Source of the DNA: Neoechinorhynchus agilis
Taxonomy: Eukaryota; Animalia; Acanthocephala
Direction: 5' to 3'
Assembly: GCA_051530055.1 (NCBI GenBank)
Contig: CM121343.1
Coordinates: 7,504,044-7,568,043 of the forward strand
Length of the DNA stretch: 64,000 nucleotides
The notes beneath the pieces are model-generated. The model saw nothing but the letters and a program-made list of their open reading frames with translations. It had not been told where the DNA came from and did no database searches. The first letter of the stretch is position 1. Each line of letters begins with the position of its first letter. A program made the translations under genes and the position numbers. Positions 12,574 to 24,412 of this stretch are shown one piece after another.

Positions 12574-12641
12574 GTTGTTCTTTTATTGAATGGTTCGGGT
12601 ACGCGGCTGCTCGTTACCCGAGCCATTCAATAAAAAACAAC
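12574..12641. repeat. Short near-perfect palindrome (MITE-like)
   Basis: gttgttcttttattgaatggttcgggta / tacccgagccattcaataaaaaacaac. Confidence 0.7.
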
Positions 12642-12677
12642 TCAAATCTTTTTATTTTCTTAATTTTGTCACCCCTT

Positions 12678-12869
12678 GGATTAAAAAAATTCACCGATGA
12701 TTTATTTCCCCGATATTTCACGTGTCGGATAATTCCGACATTTCCTCAAGGTTTGTCATTATTTCACAAGTTTGTTCTTTAGACGTAATGACAAACCTTG
12801 AGAAAATGCCGGAATTATTCGACACGTGAAATATCGGGGAAATAAATCATCGGTGAATTTTTTTAATCC
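12678..12869. repeat. 192-bp foldback with a hammerhead-like motif in each arm
   Basis: Arms of about 85 bp are near-perfect inverted repeats. Each reads cc-TTGAG(G/A)A-A-stem-GAAATATC-gggg on its own strand. Confidence 0.8.
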
Positions 12870-13536
12870 GATATAATTTTCAAAAGTATCTTTCTCCCTG
12901 ATCCAAAGTAATTTAAATGATTGATGAGGCTTCCTCTTTCGAAATATCTTAATTCATTAAAATATGCATTATGAGATCATCACAGTTCAAATTAAAAGAA
13001 TAGTCATTCACGGTAGCTATTCTGCTATTAGGAACGTCTGCAGTCGTAGAAATTCATTTAGTAAATTTAAAAAAAATCGAGCACCTAAAAGATTTCAATT
13101 ATAAAAGGATGTTGGCCATTGCACGTTTCGAATATTAAAAATAGCAGCCATTTTTTTTCAGTGTAGCCACAACTAAGAACTCCCACGCTTGCGATTCTAA
13201 AGCAGGAGCAAAGTGTTCGAAATGGCACATTGTAAAACCGATTATAACTCTTAGAGTAATACAAGGAAAATCTTCGATAATTCGGACAAATTTGAGAGGC
13301 GTAAAATATTGAAGACGACAGTGTTAAAAGTGCGATTTCTGAAGTGTAAAGACATTTAAGCGTTTAAAACGTGGCTGAAATCGAAAAATAGAGGGCCATT
13401 AGGCGGCTAAACGTATTTGCTTGTGGCAAATTGCGCGAAATAATACTTATTTTTGTTTTTTTTGGGGGGGGAGAATTCCGGTCATTGCTACTTGTCAACT
13501 AATCGAACCTGGCGTTTTTAAAATTAAACAATCAAG

Positions 13537-14660
13537 TTAATCCAAATCGGTTGTATCCGTTTGCGATGGTTCAAGAAGTAAAGTGTTGCAATCATTAGGT
13601 TCCCGCTCATCGCATTGCTCACTTCCCAGAAGCGTCTGAAGAACTCCATTAATCGACGACGCAAAAGCGTTGATAGTGTTGTCTCCATCACTCGTAGTCG
13701 GTTTATGGTTTTTGGTGATCGCAGGTGAACGAGTAGCCTTGTCAAAATGTACTTGTTCGATCGTATCCAATAATCGTTGAATAGATGGATCCATTTTAAA
13801 AATATCGATGGACAAATACGTGTTTCGAGCACTTACAAAGTTAGACTTGCGGGAATTCTTCACTGCATCTATTACTGCTCTTGGAAAGTCGAGTTTAATG
13901 TTAAGATGTTTACTATTATTTAAAGAATACTCCCTGGATTTAATAATTAAACAAAATCGTATTATCCGTCATTGTATTATCGTTAAGTTGTGGGTGCTTT
14001 TGTTTATAAGTATGAAGACATCGTGTGGCGAAATCGAGTTTTCCAGGGAGGCAAAGAGCTTGGAAAACGGCTTGCGTGATGACCAACTCGCATTCGTTTG
14101 GTTTTTGAGACTTTTCATGAACTTTAATCAAGAACTTCGCGCACTCTTCCGCTTTGGTTCCTCTGATGTAGTGATACAGACAAGCGCCTATCCCGTCGTC
14201 ATAAGTTTCGAAGATTTCGGCAAACAAATCATGCAGACGTTCGATTGTATCTCTGGAGGCCGTTCCACCATCATTACCAATTCCACTCTTCAACACATAA
14301 AGCACGAACTCATTCTCGACCGAACTATTCTCATGGATGTTTCCAATAATCCCTTTTATTTCTTCTTTGTCGATCGCTTTCACATCTAAACACTTGCAAT
14401 ACATCTTACAGGCTCGACAGGTCTCTCAATAAGTATTCACTTTGAGAGAACTGCTGACACTTACAAACATCGAGGCAGCTATTCCACTCGCCAACGGTCC
14501 TTAAACGATCGATACCATCCCGCATTACACCTCTACATACGTCCCGAAGACCCTTCCTCAACAATCGGAAAAATGCCGATTTGTACAACTGATGGGCAGT
14601 ATAATAATCACCTCCATCGAAAGCAGCGGAAATCTCCGCTCTGAAAATTTCATCGTCCAT
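13537..14660 (-). CDS. GET4: GET4/TRC35 (golgi to ER traffic protein 4), three exons
   Basis: GDYYTAHQLYKSAFFR, YHYIRG, VITQAVFQALCL, YKQKHP, LFNY and MDPSIQRLLDTIEQVHF match GET4 motifs. Introns lie near 14405-14464 and 13880-13952. Confidence 0.85.
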
Positions 14661-15467
14661 CGCAGTACACCCCGGGTTCGCCCCTCCTCCTCCATCAAGT
14701 TTTCTCCAAGCGCAAACCAATTCCTAAACTAAATCGCGTATTTAGCGCCAATTCAAACAAGATGATGTCATACTGTGACGTAGACAAGAAATAGAAGTCT
14801 CCCTGTTTAAATCCACGTTTTTAAGAAATGACGTAACTATTTATATCCAATGATGCAATATTACCCAATTACATTTCTTAAATACGGAAGAGAAATCGGA
14901 ATAACATTTTAGACGAGTATCCATTACCGTTTTTGGAAAATCAAGACAATACTCACATTAATCTTCATTCATCTCAATTTCTACTTTTGTTCACCACCTT
15001 TAAGAGCCCGAAACGTGAATTGAAAATGTAAAAAACAAGGCTTATTAGCATTACGAATTCAGTCTGGGCGTCAGGTGGATTTTTGCAGCTCATGTGCACT
15101 CGTACGCCGTAGGAGTCATGTGATCGAAAGTCAAACTGAGCGCTCTCGTTAGTTTCAGCCCTCTGGCGTTTAGTCATTTCACAGTCAAAACGATAAGGAA
15201 TTCCACTCACCTGTTCGCCTGAATGGCACTTATCCAGCGCCAGCATTCGGTAGACATCAACATTTATAAACAAAATTCGTATTCAAATCTCATCCGCCCT
15301 CGCTATCTTAATGAGACGCCCGTATATTTGAACATATCACAAAACAGATTGGAACGCTCTGTCTAGACCGGAAAAATGTGAACCTGATTCTCCTTACATT
15401 CGGAGTCATCGGTTGCTCATTTTATTTGCCATTTCGAGAAACGAACAAATGTACGGAAACTCCTCGA

Positions 15468-16606
15468 GGATATTCTGGATCGATGAGTCAAACAGGGAAC
15501 AAGTTTACCTATTGTTTGTGCTCTTCGTCTGTAAGTATCCTTCTTGCTGTTCCGCTTGTTCTCGTGATCAAGTTTTAATCTTTGCTGGAATATTTCGATA
15601 AGTGTGGCGCCCGTCACTGGACGTGTCCGTTCCCTTAATGAAACTTTTATGGGATATTTTAGATCAACGAATCAAACAGGGAACAAGTTTACCTGCTGTT
15701 TGGTCTCTTCGTCTTTAGCTATCCTTTTTGCTATTCTTTGAACGCTTGTTCTCTTGATCAAGTTTAAATCTTTGCTGGAGTATTCGGCTAAGTATGGCGC
15801 CCGTCAGTGGACGTGTCCGTCCCTAAATGAAACTTTTATGGGATATTTTAGATCAACGAATCAAACAGGGAACAAGTTTACCTGCTGTTTGGTCTCGTCG
15901 TCTTTAGCTATCCTTTTTGCTCTCCATTGGACGCTTGTTCTCTTGATTAAGTTTAAATCTATGCTGGAGTATTCGGCCAAGTGTGGCGCCCGTCACTGGA
16001 CGTGTCCGTCCCTCAATGAAACTTTTATGGGATATTTTAGATCAACGAATCAAACAGGGAACAAGTTTACCTGCTGTTTGGTCTCTTCGTCTTTAGCTAT
16101 CCTTTTTGCTATTCTTTGAACGCTTGTTCTCTTGATCAAGTTTAAATCTTTGCTGGAGTATTCGGCTAAGTATGGCGCCCGTCACTGGACGTGTCCGTCC
16201 CTCAATGAAACTTTTATGGGATATTTTAGATCAACGAATCAAACAGGGAACAAGTTTACCTGCTGTTTGTGCTCGTCGTCTTTAGCTATCTTTTTTCTCT
16301 TCTTTGAACGCTTGTTCTCTTGATCAAGTTTAAATCTTTGCTGGAGTATTTGGCAAAGTGTGGCGCCCTTCGATGGACGTGTCCGTTCCCTTAATGAAAC
16401 TTTTATGGGATATTTTAGATCAACGAATCAAACAGGGAACCATTTACCCGTTGTCTGTTCTCGTCGTCTTTAGCTATCCTTTTTGCTCTTCATTCTACGC
16501 TTGTTCTCTTGATCAAGTTTTAGTCATCGCTGGAGTATTTGGCTAAGTGTGGCCGCCGGTGGACTTTGCCGTTTCCTTAATGAAACTTTTATGGGTTATT
16601 TTGGAT
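15468..16606. repeat. Tandem satellite, about 189-bp unit, left block (about 6 copies)
   Basis: gggatattttagatcaacgaatcaaacagggaac recurs at 189-bp spacing. Confidence 0.95.
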
Positions 16607-17890
16607 TTCAATAACACATTTTATTGTTCTAAGTAGAGTAACCGTGTACCTCTGGATTCCCGTAAACGCTCGAACCAAATGATGGGCTAAATGAATGTGG
16701 CTGTTTATTTTATAGTGGATAGCGGTTCCGGTTGAGTGGGAAAGTTGGTGGGGATTGGTGTTGGAGATTTTTTGAGATTGGTTCTATCCTCCGGTTCATT
16801 TCGAGTCACAATAGTTTTTAATTGGGTAGATTCGAAAAGTAAGTTGTAAAGTAAGGAGCTTGTATCCCCTGTTAAGAAAGAGAGAGGCAATAAATGCTGT
16901 GTTAAAAGTTACTTTGAGAAGACGTGAACGCGGGCTGAAAGGATTTTTGGAGGGAATACCCACAACATTTGGTTGGGGGGAGGAAATGCAGAATGCAAGT
17001 TGGGGAAAAGGACTTGAGTGATACGAAGAATTCGGCGGTGGTGGTGTGCATCAGCGAAGGGGATTCAGGTATTGCAGTAATAAAGATGTTGCGATTTGTA
17101 TTTGAGGGAGGAGTGCATGACACGATGGGTCGAATTTCGATCGGCAAGGGATGATGGGCAGGAAGGGGAGAAAGCGTATCATGGCAGAAATGAATCGGAG
17201 AGTTGATTGATTGTGATGGTGTTGGTGTGAACCTTATATCCTTATAGTTATTTGTTCCTCCTTTTGCTCTTGTTCCTACTCGTTCAGATGTTTCTTCGAT
17301 CTTTTGTTCAACCGTAACTTTCTTAGTAGTTTCTTCAGCTGGATCGCTTTCACTTTTCCTATCGCTATGTTTTATTAGTCTTTAGATCATACTCCTCCCC
17401 AATAATTTTAGAATCATAAAGTACTCTAGACTGCATATCCTCTGAGGGTGGCACCAAATCCCACATAATCGTCGAATTATTCGCAGTCTTTTGAACACAA
17501 CTCGTTTCCAACAAATCTTCGTTTGATTTTTACATACTAGCGGCATCCACCGAAACCGCATTCTCCTTCGTAACCGCTTTATTGGCAGATTTCTGTAAAA
17601 CTTTAGTCAGTTTTTTAGAATTTCCCTTTGGAAGTTTTCTCTGCCTCTTTGGAGCGTTAGATTTATTCCCTTTGTGCTGTTTGATTTCGATTGGCTGCTT
17701 ACCTCTAAGAGCTTCCATTTCGCACTTAATAGCATCCGTTAGTATATCCTTGACTATGCTCATCGCTTGAATTAATGAGCCCTTTAGAGTGTTAGTAATT
17801 CGTTCAAAGCACTTTTTTGTGAGACATCGATAAGAGCAGAATACTTATCCGAGTCGCGTTCACAGTTCACCCATAAAATAGAGAACGTTC
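16607..17890 (-). other. 1.3-kb unique insertion splitting the 189-bp satellite; possibly a decayed retroelement
   Basis: Non-repeat sequence between two blocks of the same satellite, with broken minus-strand ORFs and AATAAA near the minus-strand 3' junction. No diagnostic domain recognised. Confidence 0.35.
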
Positions 17891-17892
17891 TA

Positions 17893-18965
17893 CCTGTTGT
17901 TTGTGCTTTTCGTCTGTAAGTATCCTTTTTGCACTTCTTTGGACGTTTGTTCTCTTGATCAAGTTTAAATCTTTGCTGGAGCATTTCGATAAGTGTGGCG
18001 CCCGTCACTGGACGTGTCCGTCCCTAAATGAAACTTTTATGGGATATTTTAGATCAACGAATCAAACAGGGAACAAGTTTACCTGCTGTTTGTGCTCGTC
18101 GTCTTTAGCTATCCTTTTTGCTATTCTTTGGACGCTTGTTCTCTCGATCAAGTTTTAATCTTTGCTGGAGCATTTCGATAAGTGTGGCGCCCGTCAGTGG
18201 ACGTGTCCGTCCCTAAATGAAACTTTTATGGGATATTTTAGATCAACGAATCAAACAGGGAACAAGTTTACCTGCTGTTTGGTCTCGTCGTCTTTAGCTA
18301 TCCTTTTTGCTATTCTTTGAACGCTTGTTCTCTTGATCAAGTTTAAAACTTTGCTGGAGTATTTGGCAAAGTGTGGCGCCCTTCGATGGACGTGTCCGTT
18401 CCCTTAATGAAACTTTTATGGGATATTTTAGATCAACGAATCAAACAGGGAACCATTTACCCGTTGTTTGTGCTCGTCGTCTTTAGCTATCTTTTTTGCT
18501 CTTCTTTGGACGCTTGTTCTCTTGATCAAGTTTAAATCTTTGCTGGAGTATTCGGCCAAGTGTGGCGCCCGTCACTGGACGTGTCCGTTCCCTTAATGAA
18601 ACTTTTATGGGATATTTTAGATCAACGAATCAAACAGAGAACAAGTTTACGTGTTGTTTGTGCTCGTCGTCTTTAGCTATTTTTTTGCTCTTCTTTGGAC
18701 GCTTGTTCTCTCGATCAAGTTTTAATCTTTGCTGGAGAATTCGGCTAAGTGTGGCGCCCATCGGTAGACGTGTCCGTTTCCTTAATGAAACTTTTACGGG
18801 ATATTTTAGATCAACGAATCAAACAGGGAACAAGTTTACCCTCTGTTTGTTCTCTTCGTCTTTAGCTATCTTTTTGCTCTTCTTTGGACGCTTGTTCTCT
18901 TGATCAAGTTTGAATCCTTGCTGGAGTATTCGGCCAAGTGTGGCGTCCGTGGGTGGACTTTGCCG
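17893..18965. repeat. Tandem satellite, about 189-bp unit, right block (about 5.7 copies)
   Basis: Same unit as 15468-16606. Confidence 0.95.
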
Positions 18966-19449
18966 TTCGCTTTCTAAAGCGTTTTTGGCTGTGTTTTTGT
19001 ATTTATGAGATACTTATTGATGGATGAACATATTTTCATCTTTTATGGTATGCTTTGTGTGTGTTCCTTTCGTGTGTAACGGACGTTACCATTCGCTTGC
19101 CTCGTTAGTAGCACCACCCCGGTTGTTGTTGCGAGAAGCATGTGCCTGCTTTGTTCCACGGTGGTGTAGACGTCTAAGCTTCTGCTACGATTATCATCAT
19201 CTTACACTGGTGATCAATCGTTCGTCTCGTATTTCGTTCCCGTTAGCGCGTACCGCTCCTTGACTGTATCAAATATAGCACGATTCCGGATTCTGCGCAA
19301 AATAAAAACAAGGTATACTGGTGTTTGAATGTTGCTGTAATTAAAATGAAGCAAATACTCTATAACCCAATATACGCATTAAAGCTTCTTTTTTGAACTA
19401 GCTCGCACATTCGGGTTCCATCGACGAATTATGCTCGAATTTATTCTAG

Positions 19450-20579
19450 ATGTTCAGTGAATTGCTTCCTTCGTTATCTAAGCGTCTCTTCGCTTCCACT
19501 GCAGATCTACGTAAGGTGGGTTTTCTCCTCGGTTTAAAAATCCATTGGAATCTCACATTTTGATGAATTTTATTCTAAAACGTGAGTTTTACTGTATTTC
19601 AGATGTCTTCTGTTATTCCGGGACTAAATACATTGTTCATTGATGTCCTGCGTGCTGGTTCTGACAACTATATGTATGTAGTGCGGGACGAAGCCGTCAA
19701 GGATTGCGTTCTTGTTGATCCATTTGATAGTCGTAAAGTGAGTCTTATATCATTACCAAGTCTCACAGATGCAATTAAAGGTAATCGATTTCATGATCAA
19801 AAATCAACTGAAACTCGTTTGTGTCCTTACAACACATCATCACCAGTAAGTTTATTTTAATTTCTTTGTTGACTCTTAGTTTTATTTGATAGCGACCACG
19901 CTGGTGGAAACTCTGATATAAAAAAGGCCTTTGGCGTTCCAGTGTACGGTTGTGATGAACGAATTGAGTGCATTGACCGTATTTTAGATCATCGATCTAT
20001 TCTACGCGTAAGGCTATTCTTTATTCACTGACGCTTACTTTATTTGTTTCCGTTTAGTTCGGGACTCTTAGAATTCAATGTTTGCGGACACCCGGTCATA
20101 CCTCTGGTCATGCGTGCTACCTCTTGGACCTACCTTCCAATCCGAAATGTCCTCCGGCTATTTTTACCGGTGACACGTTGTTCATATCTGGTTGTGGTAG
20201 ACTATTCGAAGGTACTGCCGGGGAAATGTACGATTCGTTGTATAAAGTACTTGGCTCGCTTGAGCCATGGACAAGGGTATATTGTGGTCATGAATATACT
20301 CTCAGGAACTTAGAATTCGCGAGAATGGTTGATCCAACAAATACCGCTGTTAGCAGCAAGCGAGATTGGGCTGTACAACGCTTGGAAGACGGTCTACCCA
20401 CTGTTCCCTCTACAATTGGTGAAGAGTTCACATACAACCCTTTTCTACGTGTAGCCGATAAGAAAGTTCAAGAGTTTTGTAGAGCAAATGGACTAATGGG
20501 AAGCAGTGGTGGACAGAGTGTCTTATCAGATCCAGTTGCCTACTTTGCTTGTCTCCGTGCATTAAAAGACAGATCGTGA
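19450..20579 (+). CDS. HAGH: Hydroxyacylglutathione hydrolase (glyoxalase II) with an upstream exon encoding a putative mitochondrial presequence
   Basis: DNYMYVV, VLVDP, VLTTHHHHDHAGGN, TPGHTSGH, IFTGDTLFISGCGRLFEG, VYCGHEYTLRNLEFA, VPSTIGEEFTYNPFLR. GT-AG introns at 19516-19602, 19738-19780 and two more. Exon 1 encodes MFSELLPSLSKRLFASTADLRK. Confidence 0.93.
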
Positions 20580-23100
20580 GATAGGAAATAAGCGGTAGGA
20601 GGGTTACAATGATCGTGTGCAAGTACTTGTGTGAGATAATAAGCTAAAATTGATTCTAAGAAAAATCCAACAGTAAATTCGATACTGAACGCTTTAGTAG
20701 TTGACTGCTTTTAATTCCGTTCTTACCTTTTTGAAATTTTTAAATTGTACTTTACTGCTGCTGCTTCCTTTCATTCACTGCATTCAGATTTGCAATCAGC
20801 GACAGGTTCTTTTAACAATTATTATATCTCACATCAATTCCCGTAACTAATTGTATAAATTTTCATAATGAGCATTTTATTAAAGCAAGCGTAATTTTTT
20901 TTAATTTTTTTGAATTAAATTTTCATATATAATCGCAATCTGAGTACTAATATCTTCTAAAACTGAGCTAATTTTACCTGGTATATGGACTCGTGAAACC
21001 AAATATATATTTTTCTATCGACTTTTACTGTTTATAAGGTTAATATACACTCTTCAATGCTTTTATTGAGATATTGCCACTGTTACTGACGGATACGCGA
21101 ACATTGTATGTGAAAAAAGCGAAATACTGACATCAAATCGAACAATAACTCGGAGCAGTTCATATAAAATTAAATCGGAAAATCAGACCACTTGAATGCT
21201 TCAATTCACCTATTTGTGTCTCGATCTTTTAATAAGACAACTGATACTTAAATACTGACTATGCCCCTCGCTTGGACCCATCTCAGGTACTCAGTTTCCA
21301 TTGCTAAAACACCATCCTCGTTAAAGTGACAAATAGCAACAATTGTAGACCTAGCGGTGATCAATTTACTTTCATTCTTTTTGCAAAAATAGCTCACTGA
21401 TCAATATGCTCTGATTTTATATGGTACAATCAATCGTATTTGGATCAGGTATTTGTTTTATGTAATTGCACAATAAAAGACACTCAAAGTAGTTCCGAAA
21501 ATTCTCAAATGCGATGAAATATCTCTGCGAATTCCAGTGTATTTTGCGACGAAGATGGCGAGTAATTGAAATAAGAACAAAACAGCAATCGAAATCGGAT
21601 CAGGTGCTCTATATTACGCGGTGAATAGATATTCAACGTCGAGACAGGTGAACTTTTGGACTTTATTTGATTTAATCTCAGTCAAGTGATACTTTTTGAT
21701 AGTGTTTCTATGGTCCAATGGCGACATCTCGCATTGTAAACAATCTGCCGTATAAATGAGCACAATTAACTCCGTGATGCCATTCTACACATAAAATCTT
21801 TTAAAGTATCATTCCATTCATAAAAAATAAGTCCGTTATTTCCCCCCAGTTTTGAATGATTAGATAGGGAAAATTTTGCCTTCAGTCGTCGTACAATCTT
21901 ATGAAATAGCGTTTTTTTATTACCGCTTCTCTTCTAAGTACTGTGAAGCCTCGCAATCCAACGAGGAAATGCGGTCAGCGTCCGGGGGACGATTTAATCA
22001 TTTTAAAATAAATTGTAAGTTCTTTGAAAAAAAGTACTGTGCTTCTTCTTCTCTAAAAGTATAAAACTATTTAACACTGAGGTATCCGTATTGAACCTAA
22101 AGTAATCACGGTGCTGAAATGCATGATCTGCGCTTTCTGTTTAAGTTCACTAAGTTAAAAGATTGCCTCTAATCTGGTTATTATAATAATAATCAATTTG
22201 CAGTCAGCTGATGATGGTTTTTGATAGTTATTTGCCGATAATTCGGTCTTAGAACACTTTATTTTGAACCCAGTGTTCGTTTATGTGAGTTACAAGAGGG
22301 ATGACCGATGGCCAGATAAGAGCAGTCGCTCACATGCCGCTGCGCTCATGCACAGCATCGAATTGAGCCGATGCCCTCGGATAAAATTTCAAATCGTTGT
22401 TACAATTATAGAGACGGTTTTTTTATCTATTGGGATTTTTTCGAGAATGATTATTCGATTTTACATAAACAACTAATAGGAAACTAAAAGTGATGAAAAC
22501 CCAGTTCTTTGAATGTCGTGAAGATTCTGGGCGTGCCTACATCATAATTAAATAGGAATTTTTAATTCTGTATAAGCGAACCCATTTCTTCTAACTGAAG
22601 CAAAATTGCTATTAGATTTCCGGTAAAATTAATGGATATAATCGTGACTAAGTGAAATTCCTGGATGCATTTTTTGATCGAAGTTAATCATTGGTTTGCC
22701 TGCTGCCGACAGATACGCCCTTTCACAATGAAGAATCAATTAAACACCTTAGAATTTTATAAAAAGTTATGCATTGGTTTTCATAGAAATCTGACCTAGT
22801 TTACCACCGTACATGCCACAAAGTTCGTGTCTATGAAACTTGCCCTTCCATTTCGTAGTATCTGCTCAATGAAGGAAAATACGCCTTTTATGCACCGTCA
22901 AAAAACTAAATGAATCATTGAAGTCTGTATCATGGCGGAGACGGAACTAGTTCCTTTGTTACATCATCATGAATATAATAATGGTTGTGCTTGAGCGAAA
23001 ATTTAGCAGCGCCAAAGTTGCTTCGCTTGTACAATTGTACACGTTCATTGCTAAAACTGCTATCTAGTTCGTGTTGTCTCATACTACCACACTCGAATAA

Positions 23101-24297
23101 ATGGGACGATTTCAATCACGTCCTCAACCATACGCCCCCCAATATTCACAACCTCCGCCTGATACTGAATTTGGTCCTCCGGGTGGTCAATATAATGGTG
23201 GCTATCAGCCCTACGGAGGAACGAACGCGTATCAACCCACCGGAGGATTGGGCGGTTATCCGTATGGTGGAGGTCCAGGCACTTATTTACCCACGGGACA
23301 ACCGAACGCGCATCCACATAGTGGAGGAGCGAGTGGGCATCCATACAACGCAATCCCAAGTCAATATCCCATAGGAGCTGGAGTAAGCGCACCTCCACAT
23401 ACTGGAGGGTTGGGTGGTTATTCACCTGTAAGCGGATTGAACGGTTACCCTCACCCCGGAGGCTATGTTTCGTTTGTGACACCAAACGGATTTGTATGCA
23501 ATGCCCCCACCAGTGGATCTGGGATGATCCCATATGGACCACCTAGTGGTGTTGGAATGACTTCCATTTCCACACCATCGTTTGCTGGGGGCATTCCGCC
23601 AGGGCTCTCATCGTACGGAATGGGGGTGCCAATGGCTACTTCTCCGGTGGTTCAACCCATCCCAGCTGGTCCACCCATTTGGGTTGGAAAAGTGGGTGAT
23701 CCTAATTTGTCAACATCACTTGCTCCATCTTTCTACGGACATTCCAGTATGCTACCGACTATAAGTTCGCATCATAGCGGCTTTAACAGCTCGTCTCCGA
23801 TCGTTATGCCATCTTCTCCACAATTCCCATTTATTCAACCTATAACACCATTAATGAAGGTTAAAAATCACTCAGGACGATGCCGCACTCCTGTTGAGTC
23901 GTCGCGTACCAAGAGCAGCGCTAAAGGTTTCGAGAAGTATATCAACGAACATGAACATCCTGTGAACATTCGAATAATTGATCAACGATCTGTTCCCAGG
24001 ATAGCTAATGGTAGACGTTCTCCTAGAGACCACGATGGGCGAGAGATTTCTTATCTTCGAAATGTTAACAAGTCGCTGATTCGACAAAATGAGAGATTGA
24101 TAGCTGAGCTACGAAGAATTACTGAGCTGATCGACCGACACGAGCATCGCTTGATCTCAAAACGAAGACGCTATGAACACGATGAGAATCACATTTTAAC
24201 TCTACGTGATAAAGGACACGAAATCGTTAAGCCAAACGAATTACGTACTTATGGAAAATTGCCACTCAGTGAGAATAACGGGCATTCGGTCCGATGA
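23101..24297 (+). CDS. Orphan protein with Gly/Pro/Tyr-rich N-terminus and predicted coiled-coil C-terminus (398 aa)
   Basis: Long uninterrupted ORF with PGGQYNGGYQPYGG-type low complexity and LRNVNKSLIRQNERLIAELRRITEL heptads. No family recognised. Confidence 0.6.
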   Translation: MGRFQSRPQPYAPQYSQPPPDTEFGPPGGQYNGGYQPYGGTNAYQPTGGLGGYPYGGGPGTYLPTGQPNAHPHSGGASGHPYNAIPSQYPIGAGVSAPPHTGGLGGYSPVSGLNGYPHPGGYVSFVTPNGFVCNAPTSGSGMIPYGPPSGVGMTSISTPSFAGGIPPGLSSYGMGVPMATSPVVQPIPAGPPIWVGKVGDPNLSTSLAPSFYGHSSMLPTISSHHSGFNSSSPIVMPSSPQFPFIQPITPLMKVKNHSGRCRTPVESSRTKSSAKGFEKYINEHEHPVNIRIIDQRSVPRIANGRRSPRDHDGREISYLRNVNKSLIRQNERLIAELRRITELIDRHEHRLISKRRRYEHDENHILTLRDKGHEIVKPNELRTYGKLPLSENNGHSVR

Positions 24298-24412
24298 AGA
24301 ACACTTTGAATACATGCGATTTTTTTACCCGAGAATAAATATCCAGATTTATTATTGTCAGATTTCAAGAACGCTAAATTGACTTTTTCTAACACATGAA
24401 ATATATTTGTAG

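Noticed and set aside
13808-14389. 193-aa plus-strand ORF
   Set aside because: Antisense to GET4; no motif recognised.
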